A stretch of 45,467 bases of DNA from NCBI GenBank assembly GCA_023231475.1, contig JALJEE010000990.1, positions 1-45,467 of the forward strand. Direction: 5' to 3'. Below are positions 14,345-25,015 of the stretch, piece after piece (position 1 is the first letter of the stretch; the number at the start of each line of letters is the position of its first letter). The notes under the pieces were generated by a model. That model ran no database searches and was not told the DNA's origin. It saw nothing but the letters and a program-made list of their open reading frames with translations. Made by a program: the position numbers and the translations under genes. Origin of the DNA: Seison nebaliae (lineage: Eukaryota).

Positions 14345-15434
14345 ATGGCATCGTTTTTTAACGCGATGCGCGGGGAAGATCCCGAAGAAGTGAAACGTTT
14401 AGCAGAAGAGGCTGAACTCGAGAAACGTTACACTGAAGATGCAGAAGGACGTCCATTGACAGAACAGGAGGGATTACAGCTTCGAATCGATGATCAAACG
14501 AACGAGGTTAACTGACTAAAATCAAACGATCTCCCAATCGAATTAGTAGTAGAGAATAGATTTACGAAAACCATCAACTATTTATTAAATATGAAAATTG
14601 ATTAAAAAATTTTTCTATTTCAGAGTTTGGAATCCACCCGTCGAATGCTTCAGTTATGTGAAGACGTTTAGTCATTTTTTTTCTTCTTCAAAATTCACTT
14701 TCGTCTTTTCACCATCTTTAGAGCAAAGAAGCTGGTATTCGTACTTTAGTTATGTTGGATGAACAAGGAGGTTTCCTCGTTTTTCGACAATTAGTCCATA
14801 TATATTTTTGAAAATGTTTTACAGATCAATTGGATCATATCAATGTAAATATGGATCAGATTAATACGGATATGCGAGACGCCGAAAAAAATTTGGAGGG
14901 TCTCGAAAAATGTTGTGGTCTTTGTGTGTTACCGTGGAAAAAGTTGGAGAATAAATTTTATTTTTGAAAATTTTCAATTTTGTTTAGGAGGAAAAATTTC
15001 GATAAAGATCCTGAATTTGCTGCGGCATTTAATCAAAATGAAGATGGCAAACTTGGTGGTGATCAACCGAGGAGGATTGTGGGCGATCAACAGGTTATTA
15101 ATTTAATTTCATGGAAAAATCTTTTTTGTAAATTTTCACGTCGAAATGGGCGGTAAGGGTTTTATCACGAGAGTAACAAATGACGACCGCGAAGACGAAA
15201 TGGAGAAGAATGTGACGGATGTAAATAGTATGATAGGAAATTTGAGGAATATGGCCGTAGATATGAGTACAGAAATCGATTCTCAGAATTCGATTATCAA
15301 ACAAATCAATGTGAAAGTTTGCACCATATTCACTTTTCATGTTCTTATGAAATTTCGAATAATTTCAGGCTAATGCAAATGAAGCTCGAATTACAGAAGC
15401 GAATAAACGTGCAAATGTTCTTTTGAAGAAATAG
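14345..15434 (+). CDS. SNAP25: SNAP-25 (Qbc SNARE), conserved copy
   Basis: Exons 14345-14506, 14624-14665 ([14 protein letters not shown]), 14722-14770 ([16 protein letters not shown]), 14825-14942 (..[10 protein letters not shown]), 14988-15093, 15140(or 15158)-15316 ([21 protein letters not shown]) and 15369-15434. All phases are compatible. Confidence 0.95.
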
Positions 15435-16342
15435 ATGCTTGAAATAAATTAATGATACAATACAATAATTATAAATGAATAAATATCATACAACGACATT
15501 GAAACAGTTTACCGAAAAGTGAATTTGAAGAAAAAGAAAATTTCGAAAATTTTGTGCACGAAATTTTCAAAAGTTCCTTAAACAACAACAACAACAACAA
15601 CAATATAAACAACAAGAATAATAATCATCATAATAATCGCGACGATATGATAGTTTGAAGACTTCTTTGACTACTCTCAATTTCTTATTGAAAATCTACC
15701 GTCGGATTACTGAATTTATTCAATTTTACTGATTATTGTTTATCGAAACTCTATTCCTTTAATTTTTTTTTATCATTTCACATCATCTTTCTTTTCATTC
15801 TTTTTAATCTTTTTTCTTTGGAATGTTATCAAAATATGATGAACTTTCACGATGATAATTATAATGAGAGTGATGATTGATAAGTGATGGATGGATAGAT
15901 GAATGGATGAATGAATGGAGAGAAGACACAGTGAAGAATTTCTATTATTATTATAATTATAATTATTATTATTATTATTATTCCAAATCATATATTCTTG
16001 CATCCTCTATTTTGCTAACGATCCATTCCTTGATTACTGCGATTTCACTTTCATTCTTTTTCATTTCGCAGTTCACACACTTCTAACAATCTTGTATAGG
16101 GCTTTCTTCACATATTCCTGTCGCATCACATCATCAAAAAACGGTATCAGACATTTTTCATCTGATCAGAAATCAAAGAATTTTTTTCATGAAATTTTAT
16201 CATTTCCCTTCTCATCCATTCTCATAGTCACCAAATCCACAATAATAATCATCATACAATGTATCCTTCATATTTTCAGTTTATGCAAAGTTCATTAAAA
16301 AATAATTTTCGAAAATTTTAATTATTTTCCTCCACTTTTCAG

Positions 16343-17166
16343 CAAGTTCAAGCTACTAGAAATATGGTGAATTTTACTTATGCAGTTTCAGCTTTTTCTT
16401 TCTTTCCACATCATTCTCATCTTCCTCCTCCTCCTCCTCCTCCTCCCAAAAGAGTTACAATAAAGGCATAGACATCGGTAATACATTGTACCAACATAGA
16501 GGTTCAACTTAAGATCAATTCTTGATAAAAAAATAAGTCGATAAAATTTTGAACAATAGAGAAATTGACTAATATTGAAGGCAATATGTCGAAGATGGTG
16601 GAGGATATGAAAGTGGCTGAGGATGACATGCAGGAACTACAAAGAGGTTGCTGTTCGAAATTTTGTAGAGTTTTGTGCATTAAGTTACAAGAATAATTCA
16701 TGGAAATTACTAAATAAAAATTTCTCCATGTTTAGAGTTTGTGGTTGTGTCTTTTCCAAAGATGATCGTATGAGTTTAGGTTCCAGTAGTCATAACAGCG
16801 AAACATATGCAGGAGCAACAGAAGAAATAGTTTATTAAAAATTTTAAAAAGTAATTAAATTTTTCCAATTAAAAGATGCCGAAAAAAGGGAAATTTACAC
16901 AAAGGACACCAAACACAGCTGGCTCGGCTGAGAAGTTGATCGCTGGTAATCTTGTAGAAGTGAATCATATGTTGAAGAATTTGAAAGATATGGCATTGGA
17001 ATTTAGTGAAGAATTAGATGATCAGAACAATGTGATAGAATCGATAAATGCTCAAGTTTCTATCTTCTATTAATGTAATTGAATTATGAAATTTTAGTCG
17101 ACAAAAACTACGACGCAATTGAAAGGAATAGCAGATAAACAGAAACGATTATTGAAGAAACAATAA
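16343..17166 (+). CDS. Divergent tandem SNAP-25 paralog (first coding exon not found locally)
   Basis: Exons 16343-16384, 16453-16501, 16560-16683, 16736-16829, 16876-17055 and 17098-17166. Intron phases are the same as in the upstream SNAP-25 and the first two exon lengths are identical (42, 49 nt). Has a Cys cluster and Qc helix NLKDMALEFSEELDDQN. Confidence 0.85.
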
Positions 17167-17203
17167 AATTATTAATTTTTTTATTTAATTAACTTATTTT
17201 ATT

Positions 17204-17863
17204 TCATTTCCAAAATAACACAATTATACTGATAAATAAATAAAAGAAATGATACTTAGGTATTTTGGATGAAGTGGATCCCAAGAGAAATTCACGAGTT
17301 AAACTACAATTAAATCTCGCACCTTCTTTCCTTATCTTTTGCAACATTCTCAATTGTTCTTCAATCACCAAAAACTGATAAAGACTACAATCATTCACTC
17401 TTCGAAACCAACATCGAAAAAACGCTCTTAATGGAAGACATAATTCCGACCGTTTCTCTTTCACCACCAGATGTTGTTCACAATAACTTTCCATATCTTT
17501 CATTATCTCTTTTGTACATCTTCGTTTCGAATGGATAGAATCAACACTTAATTGTTTACATAATACCTTCCATTCCCTGAAACTAGCCCGAGCATTTAAT
17601 ATCACTTCCAATCCTTTCGTTGTAAGAACGTCACATTGCATCTCATCAATGGCAAATGTCAATTTTCTTAAATTACTACCAGCCATCTCACAATTCACTT
17701 GCATATCGAATGCTTTCGATTTTTTGATTCGATCAACCTCTTTGATAAAGATCTTGTCGATACGCTTTACGTCGCAAATTGGAAATTCGTCTTTCTCTTT
17801 CTCCTTGCCATTCGCGATGGAAATTATAATTGAAAAGATGAAAATTTTTAATTCGATTAACAT
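17204..17863 (-). CDS. Cys-rich secreted/surface protein, possibly GPI-anchored (219 aa)
   Basis: Intronless ORF with a signal-peptide-like N-terminus (..IISIANG), about 10 spaced Cys, and a Ser-rich spacer followed by a C-terminal hydrophobic tail. Confidence 0.7.
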   Translation of the reverse strand: MLIELKIFIFSIIISIANGKEKEKDEFPICDVKRIDKIFIKEVDRIKKSKAFDMQVNCEMAGSNLRKLTFAIDEMQCDVLTTKGLEVILNARASFREWKVLCKQLSVDSIHSKRRCTKEIMKDMESYCEQHLVVKEKRSELCLPLRAFFRCWFRRVNDCSLYQFLVIEEQLRMLQKIRKEGARFNCSLTREFLLGSTSSKIPKYHFFYLFISIIVLFWK

Positions 17864-17987
17864 TTTCTTTCCTTCCCCACAATTGAACTATAAAAGGAAA
17901 TTTATTTTTCGAAAATTAATTAGAGAAATTGACAAAAAAAAAGAAAATTAAATGGAAAAAATAGTAAAAAAAAAAAAAAGAGATATG

Positions 17988-19065
17988 TCATTTGATCGAA
18001 CTAATGGCGAATGGTCCGAACTTCTCCTTAAACCTTCCATACATCTTCGATTTGACCGCTTTAGCACGACTCAATGTTGGGCTTATAAGAGGAGTTTGAT
18101 TGATTTTTGATCGAAACGTACGTCCCGCAGCAAACTTTTTTCCTTTAGGTATACTACCCGTTTTCTGAGATAATGATGTTTGTGGTGAACCGAGTGAACG
18201 TAATCGTTTGAATAATTTCGGTCCTTTCGTCGTTTGTTTCTTTGGGAGTTTCTTACATGTACATTTCTGACCAGGTTGACAACAAGATTTACTGTTCTTC
18301 TTTTTCATTTTTTTCTTTCGACGTGGCGACGGACTACGTGATGGACTCGAATAATTCTCTCTAAATGTAACTGCTGTTTTTCGAGAAAAAAGTTCTGATA
18401 CTCCAACATCACCTCGTTCAGATGGTCGAGCGATAGATTCATAGAAATATTCTCCTCCATCAATCGTCCAAGCAACATGATATGAGAAAACTGAAAATTA
18501 AAATAAGATAAAGATAAAATTGAAAGAAAATAAACAAAGTACATCAATTCCATTCGTTGCGGTTGGAGAAGCACACCAAACGAAAAAATAACATTTGAAA
18601 CCCCAATAAAACGGTAGATTGATATCCGATACAGGTTGATGAGAGTATTCGAGAAGAATAAATAAAATGTAAATAAACCAATATAATGACCATTGCCGTT
18701 TACGAGTAATACCTGTTGTATTAGTAAAACTAAAAAATTTTTAAAATAAATTTAAATTTTCTCTATAGTTTTAAAATAACGCCAAAAGAAGTGGATATAA
18801 TGGTAGAACGATACAATTGCAAATGAAAATTTTATATTTACAGAATAAAAATATGTTAATCGCTACGAAATTGATGACTGGAGAGAATGGAATGAATGAA
18901 ATTGAGGAAGAATATAAAGTAACTCATCAATAATACTTTCTCTGACAGACCAACCATCTCCCCTACACATTGTATAACGGGATTCTTCGAAATTATCGAA
19001 GTACGAAGCCATGGACTATTATAGTCTGAATTCGATAATAGACTATATCTTTGTTGTCCAAACAT
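17988..19065 (-). CDS. REEP/DP1/Yop1 (TB2/DP1/HVA22) family ER-shaping protein with basic C-terminal tail (~311 aa)
   Basis: Exons 19065-18924, 18877-18781, 18729-18536 and 18490-17988 splice in frame (936 nt). Product reads ICNCIVLPLYP..RQWSLYWFIY..LPFYWGFKCYFFVWCASP..NG, the family signature. The ORF track shows only fragments. Confidence 0.8.
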
Positions 19066-19539
19066 TTATTTATCGTACGAATAACTTGAAAGAGAAACTA
19101 TAAAAAAGAAATATTAGTAGACAAAAAGTGAAATGAATAAAAATTAACTTTTTTAGTTGAAACTTGTTTTGAAAGTAAATTTCGTTTCATTTATATAACG
19201 TTTCCCTACTTCCTTATCATGAATTGATTTGGTTCAATTTCAAAAAAAAAATATGAAAATTTCTCATTTAATCATCATCATGTCAAATTGAATCGAATTG
19301 TTTTTTAGCATCAATACAAACTAAAATTTCATGACATTCGTCGACGTTATAGAGAACTATCTCTAAGATTTCTTAATCTTATTGAAATTAGATTTCTTTT
19401 AAATGTTTAACATGTTTGTTGATCTTTTTTCATTATGTTTCTTTGAAAAAATGTTTTATTTTATTTTATTGATTAAAATTCGCAATGAATAAGTTAGTAA
19501 AGGAGAAAAATGAAATAGTAGAAGAAATAAAAAGTTGGA

Positions 19540-21384
19540 TTAAGCTGCTTTCCAATAACTGAAATCGATGTCGTTAAATTGTTCACAGTTAATCCGTTTA
19601 TTGTGTTTAGGATCAGCTTGAAGGAATGGATTGAGTTGCATGAACAACATCGATTTCATATTACGACACATGAGATTAGCTAATGATGTAGTTTGTTTAA
19701 TGGTCCGTAATTGTCCACTTTGGAATTTGATTGGATCATCTGATGTTAAATAAAAGAATCGATCACCATATTTGAGATCAGCAAACTGTTTCCCGATGAT
19801 ACAAGCGAATGTCGGTCCGACATTAGCCCCCGGTAATTTCGATTCAGCTAAGCCACCAGTAAATAGATCGATATCTCTCGGCGAATGATATAAAGTTCGA
19901 AGACGTTCGATTCGAATTGATGGAATATATCGAGAGAGATCGGCCCAATTCACTTCGACTTTCGGTGAGAGAATTGTTCCTTTAGTCTCACAATAATGTC
20001 GATATACAACATATGACGGTAAACCGTGGTCACGACCACGAGCAATATTTAATGCAGCGATATCGAAAGAAACGGCACCGGGAGAGAACTCGAATAAATG
20101 ATCTGTCATTTCTTCCGTAATTTTCGGATCGACTTGCATCGATGGGAGATTCATCGAATCTCGAACACAACTATCCATATCAGTATCTTGTCGAACATCA
20201 GCCACACGGAAATAATAATTTCTCAATCGTTTAATCGAATGAGGAATTAAACGATAAAAAGCATCAGCTTTCCCCAAATTCGATGGAATCATCGAATGAC
20301 CAAAACGGAAAGCAGCAGTAGAAAACGCGTTGGCTATTGATGGATTTACGTCTTCGTCATAAAAATAATTTTCTTCATCCGAATAAAGACCATAAGATGA
20401 CATGATATCTTTACCTAGAATGAGCGGAAGGAAATTGTTGTATGTGATATGTTGGAGTTGTGCTATAATGATTCTTCTCGTTTCCTGAAATGTCGTTTCA
20501 TCGGACCATTTGGGATTCATTCCTTGAAGTAATCCAGCAATTCGATTATGTTCCCGAAGGAAGAGAGTATGAAGTGAAACTAGGAGAGGTTGAGTATTGA
20601 CACGATTGTCACCAGCTGCGAAACAATGAACATTTTTTGGTTTACTTTTATCGATACATCCCATCGTATCGTCATGTGGTAACATTTGATTATCCGACGC
20701 TTTCAATTTACCATCTTTCATTGTTCGTAAACTTATTTGAATTGGTAATGTCGATCCATAAATTTGAGAACCGTCGATAAATGAAGTAATTCCATTCACT
20801 TGTTCTCTCATTTGTCTCGGACATTGTTCGCCAAGTCTCGCTGTTGCTGATCGGACGAAATTGAAACAATCTTGTTTACCTTTCAATTTATCATCATCGT
20901 CAATGAATAGTGGATAACATTCGGGATGTGTAAATCGCGAACATCGACAATCAATCGATCCTCCATTCTCATCACGACTCATTAATGTCGTTGTAATATC
21001 ATGATCGAGAAATTGTCCGAAATTCATTAACATCGTCGTATATCGATTATCAGCTACATCACGTCCAATCGAATGAAATCGTCGACTAATCAATCTGGGT
21101 GATGGAAGAAACCATCCATCAGATGAAGTCTCACGAAATGCATCTAATCGATTATGACGATCATAATCTGCTTCTACATATCGTTTAAACGGAACATTCG
21201 CTGCTCCCCAATATGGTACGTGGAGATTGTTACAACCACCATCAGCCGAACGATATGGATAATCACCGTTACATTGAACGTTCAGATTGAAATCACAACC
21301 GATAAACTGATCACGAGGAAATGAATAGACGGAGAAGATAATGAAATTTAATAGAGAGAATAATTGAAGAAGAATCATGTTCAT
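19540..21384 (-). CDS. Animal heme peroxidase (peroxinectin/chorion peroxidase-like), secreted, intronless
   Basis: Motifs YRSADGGCNN, GQFLDHD (distal His), GDNRVN (distal Arg), AFRFGHS (proximal His), RGRDHG and GDRFFY. First ATG is at 21384 (the ORF track starts at TTG 21402), followed by a signal peptide. Confidence 0.93.
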   Translation of the reverse strand: MNMILLQLFSLLNFIIFSVYSFPRDQFIGCDFNLNVQCNGDYPYRSADGGCNNLHVPYWGAANVPFKRYVEADYDRHNRLDAFRETSSDGWFLPSPRLISRRFHSIGRDVADNRYTTMLMNFGQFLDHDITTTLMSRDENGGSIDCRCSRFTHPECYPLFIDDDDKLKGKQDCFNFVRSATARLGEQCPRQMREQVNGITSFIDGSQIYGSTLPIQISLRTMKDGKLKASDNQMLPHDDTMGCIDKSKPKNVHCFAAGDNRVNTQPLLVSLHTLFLREHNRIAGLLQGMNPKWSDETTFQETRRIIIAQLQHITYNNFLPLILGKDIMSSYGLYSDEENYFYDEDVNPSIANAFSTAAFRFGHSMIPSNLGKADAFYRLIPHSIKRLRNYYFRVADVRQDTDMDSCVRDSMNLPSMQVDPKITEEMTDHLFEFSPGAVSFDIAALNIARGRDHGLPSYVVYRHYCETKGTILSPKVEVNWADLSRYIPSIRIERLRTLYHSPRDIDLFTGGLAESKLPGANVGPTFACIIGKQFADLKYGDRFFYLTSDDPIKFQSGQLRTIKQTTSLANLMCRNMKSMLFMQLNPFLQADPKHNKRINCEQFNDIDFSYWKAA

Positions 21385-21633
21385 GAAAATTGAATTTTCC
21401 AATGATTTTATTTTTAGTTTATGAAAAGTTTAAGAATTATTTTAATACGCTCGAAGAAACGGCAACATGTAAAAATCTCAATTATTTTCTAAATTTCCGT
21501 TTCTAACTACCATGTACCACAATCACTGTCATTTCTCTCCAGAAATTATCTTACAATTTCTCTAAAATTCTTTCTCTTCATATTTAATCGTTTAATTTTC
21601 TGACAGGAAATGTAGGAAGTATTGAAAATAACT

Positions 21634-21672
21634 TTGTCTGAATAAATTGTCTGAATAAATTGTCTGAATAAA
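21634..21672. repeat. 13-nt tandem repeat (TTGTCTGAATAAA)x3
   Basis: Three perfect copies in the divergent peroxidase/DGAT2 intergenic region. Confidence 0.9.
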
Positions 21673-21962
21673 TTGAGATGAATTTAATTTTATAAAGTTT
21701 TTAATTATTTAATTTGAATTCTCTCATTATTTTTTCTTCCAATTAAAGTTTATGGGCCCATCAAAATCGAATCATTTAACGAAATTAGATAATCAAATTA
21801 ATTTAATTTCATTATCATCTTCTCCACCCTAACGGCTTACAAATGATGATAATAGTTGTGGTCTTATCGGGAGATATTTTTATCGGAAGAAAATTTTGAG
21901 AATTAGATAGAAATATTAAATTATTTTAATTTGAGAATTGACTGTAAAAAAAACTGGAAAAA

Positions 21963-23172
21963 ATGACTAAAATTTTTGGAATAGAATTCGCTCCTCTCAT
22001 CATACCTTGGCGTCGACGGTTACAAACGCTTTGTATTCTCTATGTTGGAATTTGTCTCTCTTCCTCTCTCTCTCAATTCTTCCCAGTATGTTTTATGTTT
22101 CGTCGTTGTTGGATTTCTAGCGACATTTGTCTTCTTATATCTCCTCTTTACCAAATATTATTATGTGACATTACTTTATCTATTGTGGTTGTATTATGAT
22201 TGGAAGAAAGAAGAGATGGGCGCCAGATATTCTTTTTTGACACGTCACACTAATTTATGGAAACATATTGTGTTAGATTAATTTAAATTCAATTTGTTCT
22301 TTATAAGTCCGTTCATTTTCTATAGAGATTATTTTCCAATAGATATCAATTTGGTTGAGGAATTGAACATTGACAAACATTACATTTTCGCATGTCATCC
22401 TCATGGGATTTTATGTTTTGCACCATTTGTGCATTTCGCTACTGATGCTACAAAATTCCATAAATTATATCCGAAAATTCCAACTCATTTAGTGACACTT
22501 CGATGTTATTTCAATTTCCCTTTACTTCGAGAATACATGTTAAGTGGAGGAATCATCTCATCCACACGCAATGCCATCAATTGTGTGTTGAAGAAAAAGG
22601 AAAGCATCGCACTTATTATCGGTGGTGCGAGAGAGTCGCTTGAAGCCAATCCCAAATCAACCAATCTCGCCATTAAACATCGAACTGGATTCATTCGAAT
22701 TGCCATAGAAAACAAGTTTCTCATTTCTAATTTCTCATTTCTGCTAATTGGAAGTTCCATAGTGTTCCAATTGTGCCAGTGTTTTCATTTGGAGAAAATG
22801 ATGTTTATAAACAAATCTCCGAATCTGAAAATCCATTTCTCCGACAAATTCAACTTTATCTCCTCAAAATTTTCCCATTTGCTTTACCCATTTTTCATGG
22901 ACGTGGAATTTTCAATTACACATTCGGAATCATACCGTTTCGACGACCCATTCATACTGTAGGTTTATAATTAGTTATTCAATTTAAACTTCTAAAACTA
23001 TCCTTCATAATATTCAGTTGGACGACCGATTAAATTCGAATCGGTGAAAAATCCATCAAAGAAAATCATCAAACAATTCCAAGAAGAATATTTCATTCAA
23101 TTGAATGAATTGTTTGAGAGTCATAAACTTCAATATGGCTATGACAAAGAAGATCATTTGACGATATGTTAA
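21963..23172 (+). CDS. DGAT2/MOGAT family acylglycerol acyltransferase (~336 aa)
   Basis: Exons 21963-22043, 22087-22271, 22326-22715, 22763-22962 and 23018-23172. Motifs FAPLIIPWRRRLQT, DYFP, HPHG, GGARE, VPVFSFGEND, PIFHGRG and VVGRPI. Confidence 0.93.
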
Positions 23173-24086
23173 ATCGAATGAAACTCGATATTATCACTGA
23201 AGAATTTTCTTCAGGTCAAAACAATGAGAATTTAAACATTTGAAAAAATGTTGATTTGAAAAGAAATAAAAATATCTATTTTTTTTTTTCATAATTTCTA
23301 TATTTCATGTTATCGAAACGCAAAGAAAATATTGTCACTATATAGACGACAAATAAATAGGAACATATTGTTGTTGTTGTTGTTAATTTTTTATCGTTAA
23401 ATATAAACACTATAATTTTTCACAAAAGATAATTTTTGAGACAGAAGAGAGAAGGAAGAATTGGAGAGAAGAATAAAATTGACGAAATAAAATAAATTGT
23501 TTGTGATGTGGTCTTTGTGAAAATGGGAAATTGGAAACAATTTAATTAGAATGGAATTCGGAGTAGTTGACGAGAAGAAAAAAAAAACGGAAAATTAGAA
23601 GTTTTCGCAATTAAAGATTTGTTTTGTTGGTCAATCGAACGATATATGAAAGTTAATTATTCTAAATATTGTTGTTGTTGTTGTTGTTGTTGATTATAAG
23701 ATAAGTGATGGTAATGGTCTTTGAAGACGAAAGGAAAATTTAATAAATATTTAAAATGAAATAGAGAATGAATTCGATCAATCGATAATCTGATATCAAA
23801 TTAAGTTGAATTGACCAATCTTTAATCATCATAAATAACGATGTTGTGTGTGCGAGTGTATTATATAAAAAAAAGAGAGAGAGAACGGATAAACTGTAAA
23901 TTGGAGAAGTGTTGATGATAGGATAAAATGGAAATTCATTCTTCGTTTTAAATGTTATCTCAAAGTTTTTGTGAAGCGACGAGAGAACGCACATGCTAAA
24001 CATGAGAGAAAGACAGAAAGAGAGAGAGAGAGAGGAAGGTGAAAGGAGAGAATTAAATAGATGAATCGAATGAATTGTAAAAAAAT

Positions 24087-24977
24087 TCATTTTTTGTCAT
24101 GTTGAATAATATTCAACATTTTCGCCATCAAATGATTCTGACCATCACCATCACCATCATCGGTTGGAGAAATAATGGTATCGTCATAATCCAAATGTTT
24201 ATTCATTTGGGTTTTCGTCGATGCACTTTTGGGAACGTTGGGATTATTGGAAGAATTGTCATCACTCTTCTTGTTGTTGTTGTGACTGGAAGTGACGGGA
24301 GTGGTTGACGGAGGATCGCCAACAACATCTGATGGATCTAATAAAAGATCGTTAGATGAATGTCGACCAGAACCTGGTGGTTGATGCATATGATCAACAT
24401 CACAAGGATATTCATGATTATAATCATAAAAACTACCACCATCATCTTCACAAATACTCATTCGCATATTAGATGCGATTACATCATCTTCATCTTCCTC
24501 TTCATCATCATCATCTCGTTGACTTTGATACATTTCATCTTTGACTTGTAATGTAAGAGAAGTAGATTTACATCGACTTCCTGCATCTGATTCATTGGAT
24601 AATAAACCATGATCATTTGCATTCGTACCGTTACCACGCGAATTAGTAACATCCATTAAACTTCTACTTTTCGTATATCGATAAGACGTTAAGAGATCAG
24701 TCTCTATCGCTGAATCTTTCATTGGTCGATCATGAATCAAATATCCACTATCGTTAGGACTCTCATCAGCTCCCTGATCGTCACTGTTATTGTTATTATT
24801 GTCACTGTTCAATTGATTGAGATTGTTGGATAATAAATAAATTTTATGTCTATCCATATTCTGTATTTTATTCCTTCGATTAACATCATCATTTTCATTT
24901 GAATTGATCACATTCGTCTTTTCCGATTGACCATCTGGTAAATGATCCGATGTCAACAAATGTGTATGTTGTGGAAC

Positions 24978-25015
<38 letters not shown>

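Noticed and set aside
16092..16298. ORF as first exon of the SNAP-25 paralog (phase-0 GTTCAT donor near 16290)
   Set aside because: Starts at TTG, has no in-frame ATG and no SNAP-25 similarity. It could still be a UTR exon boundary.
18305..18574. 89-aa ORF-track protein and separate 106-aa basic ORF at 17988-18308
   Set aside because: The first is an off-frame overlap; the second is the tail of the REEP last exon.
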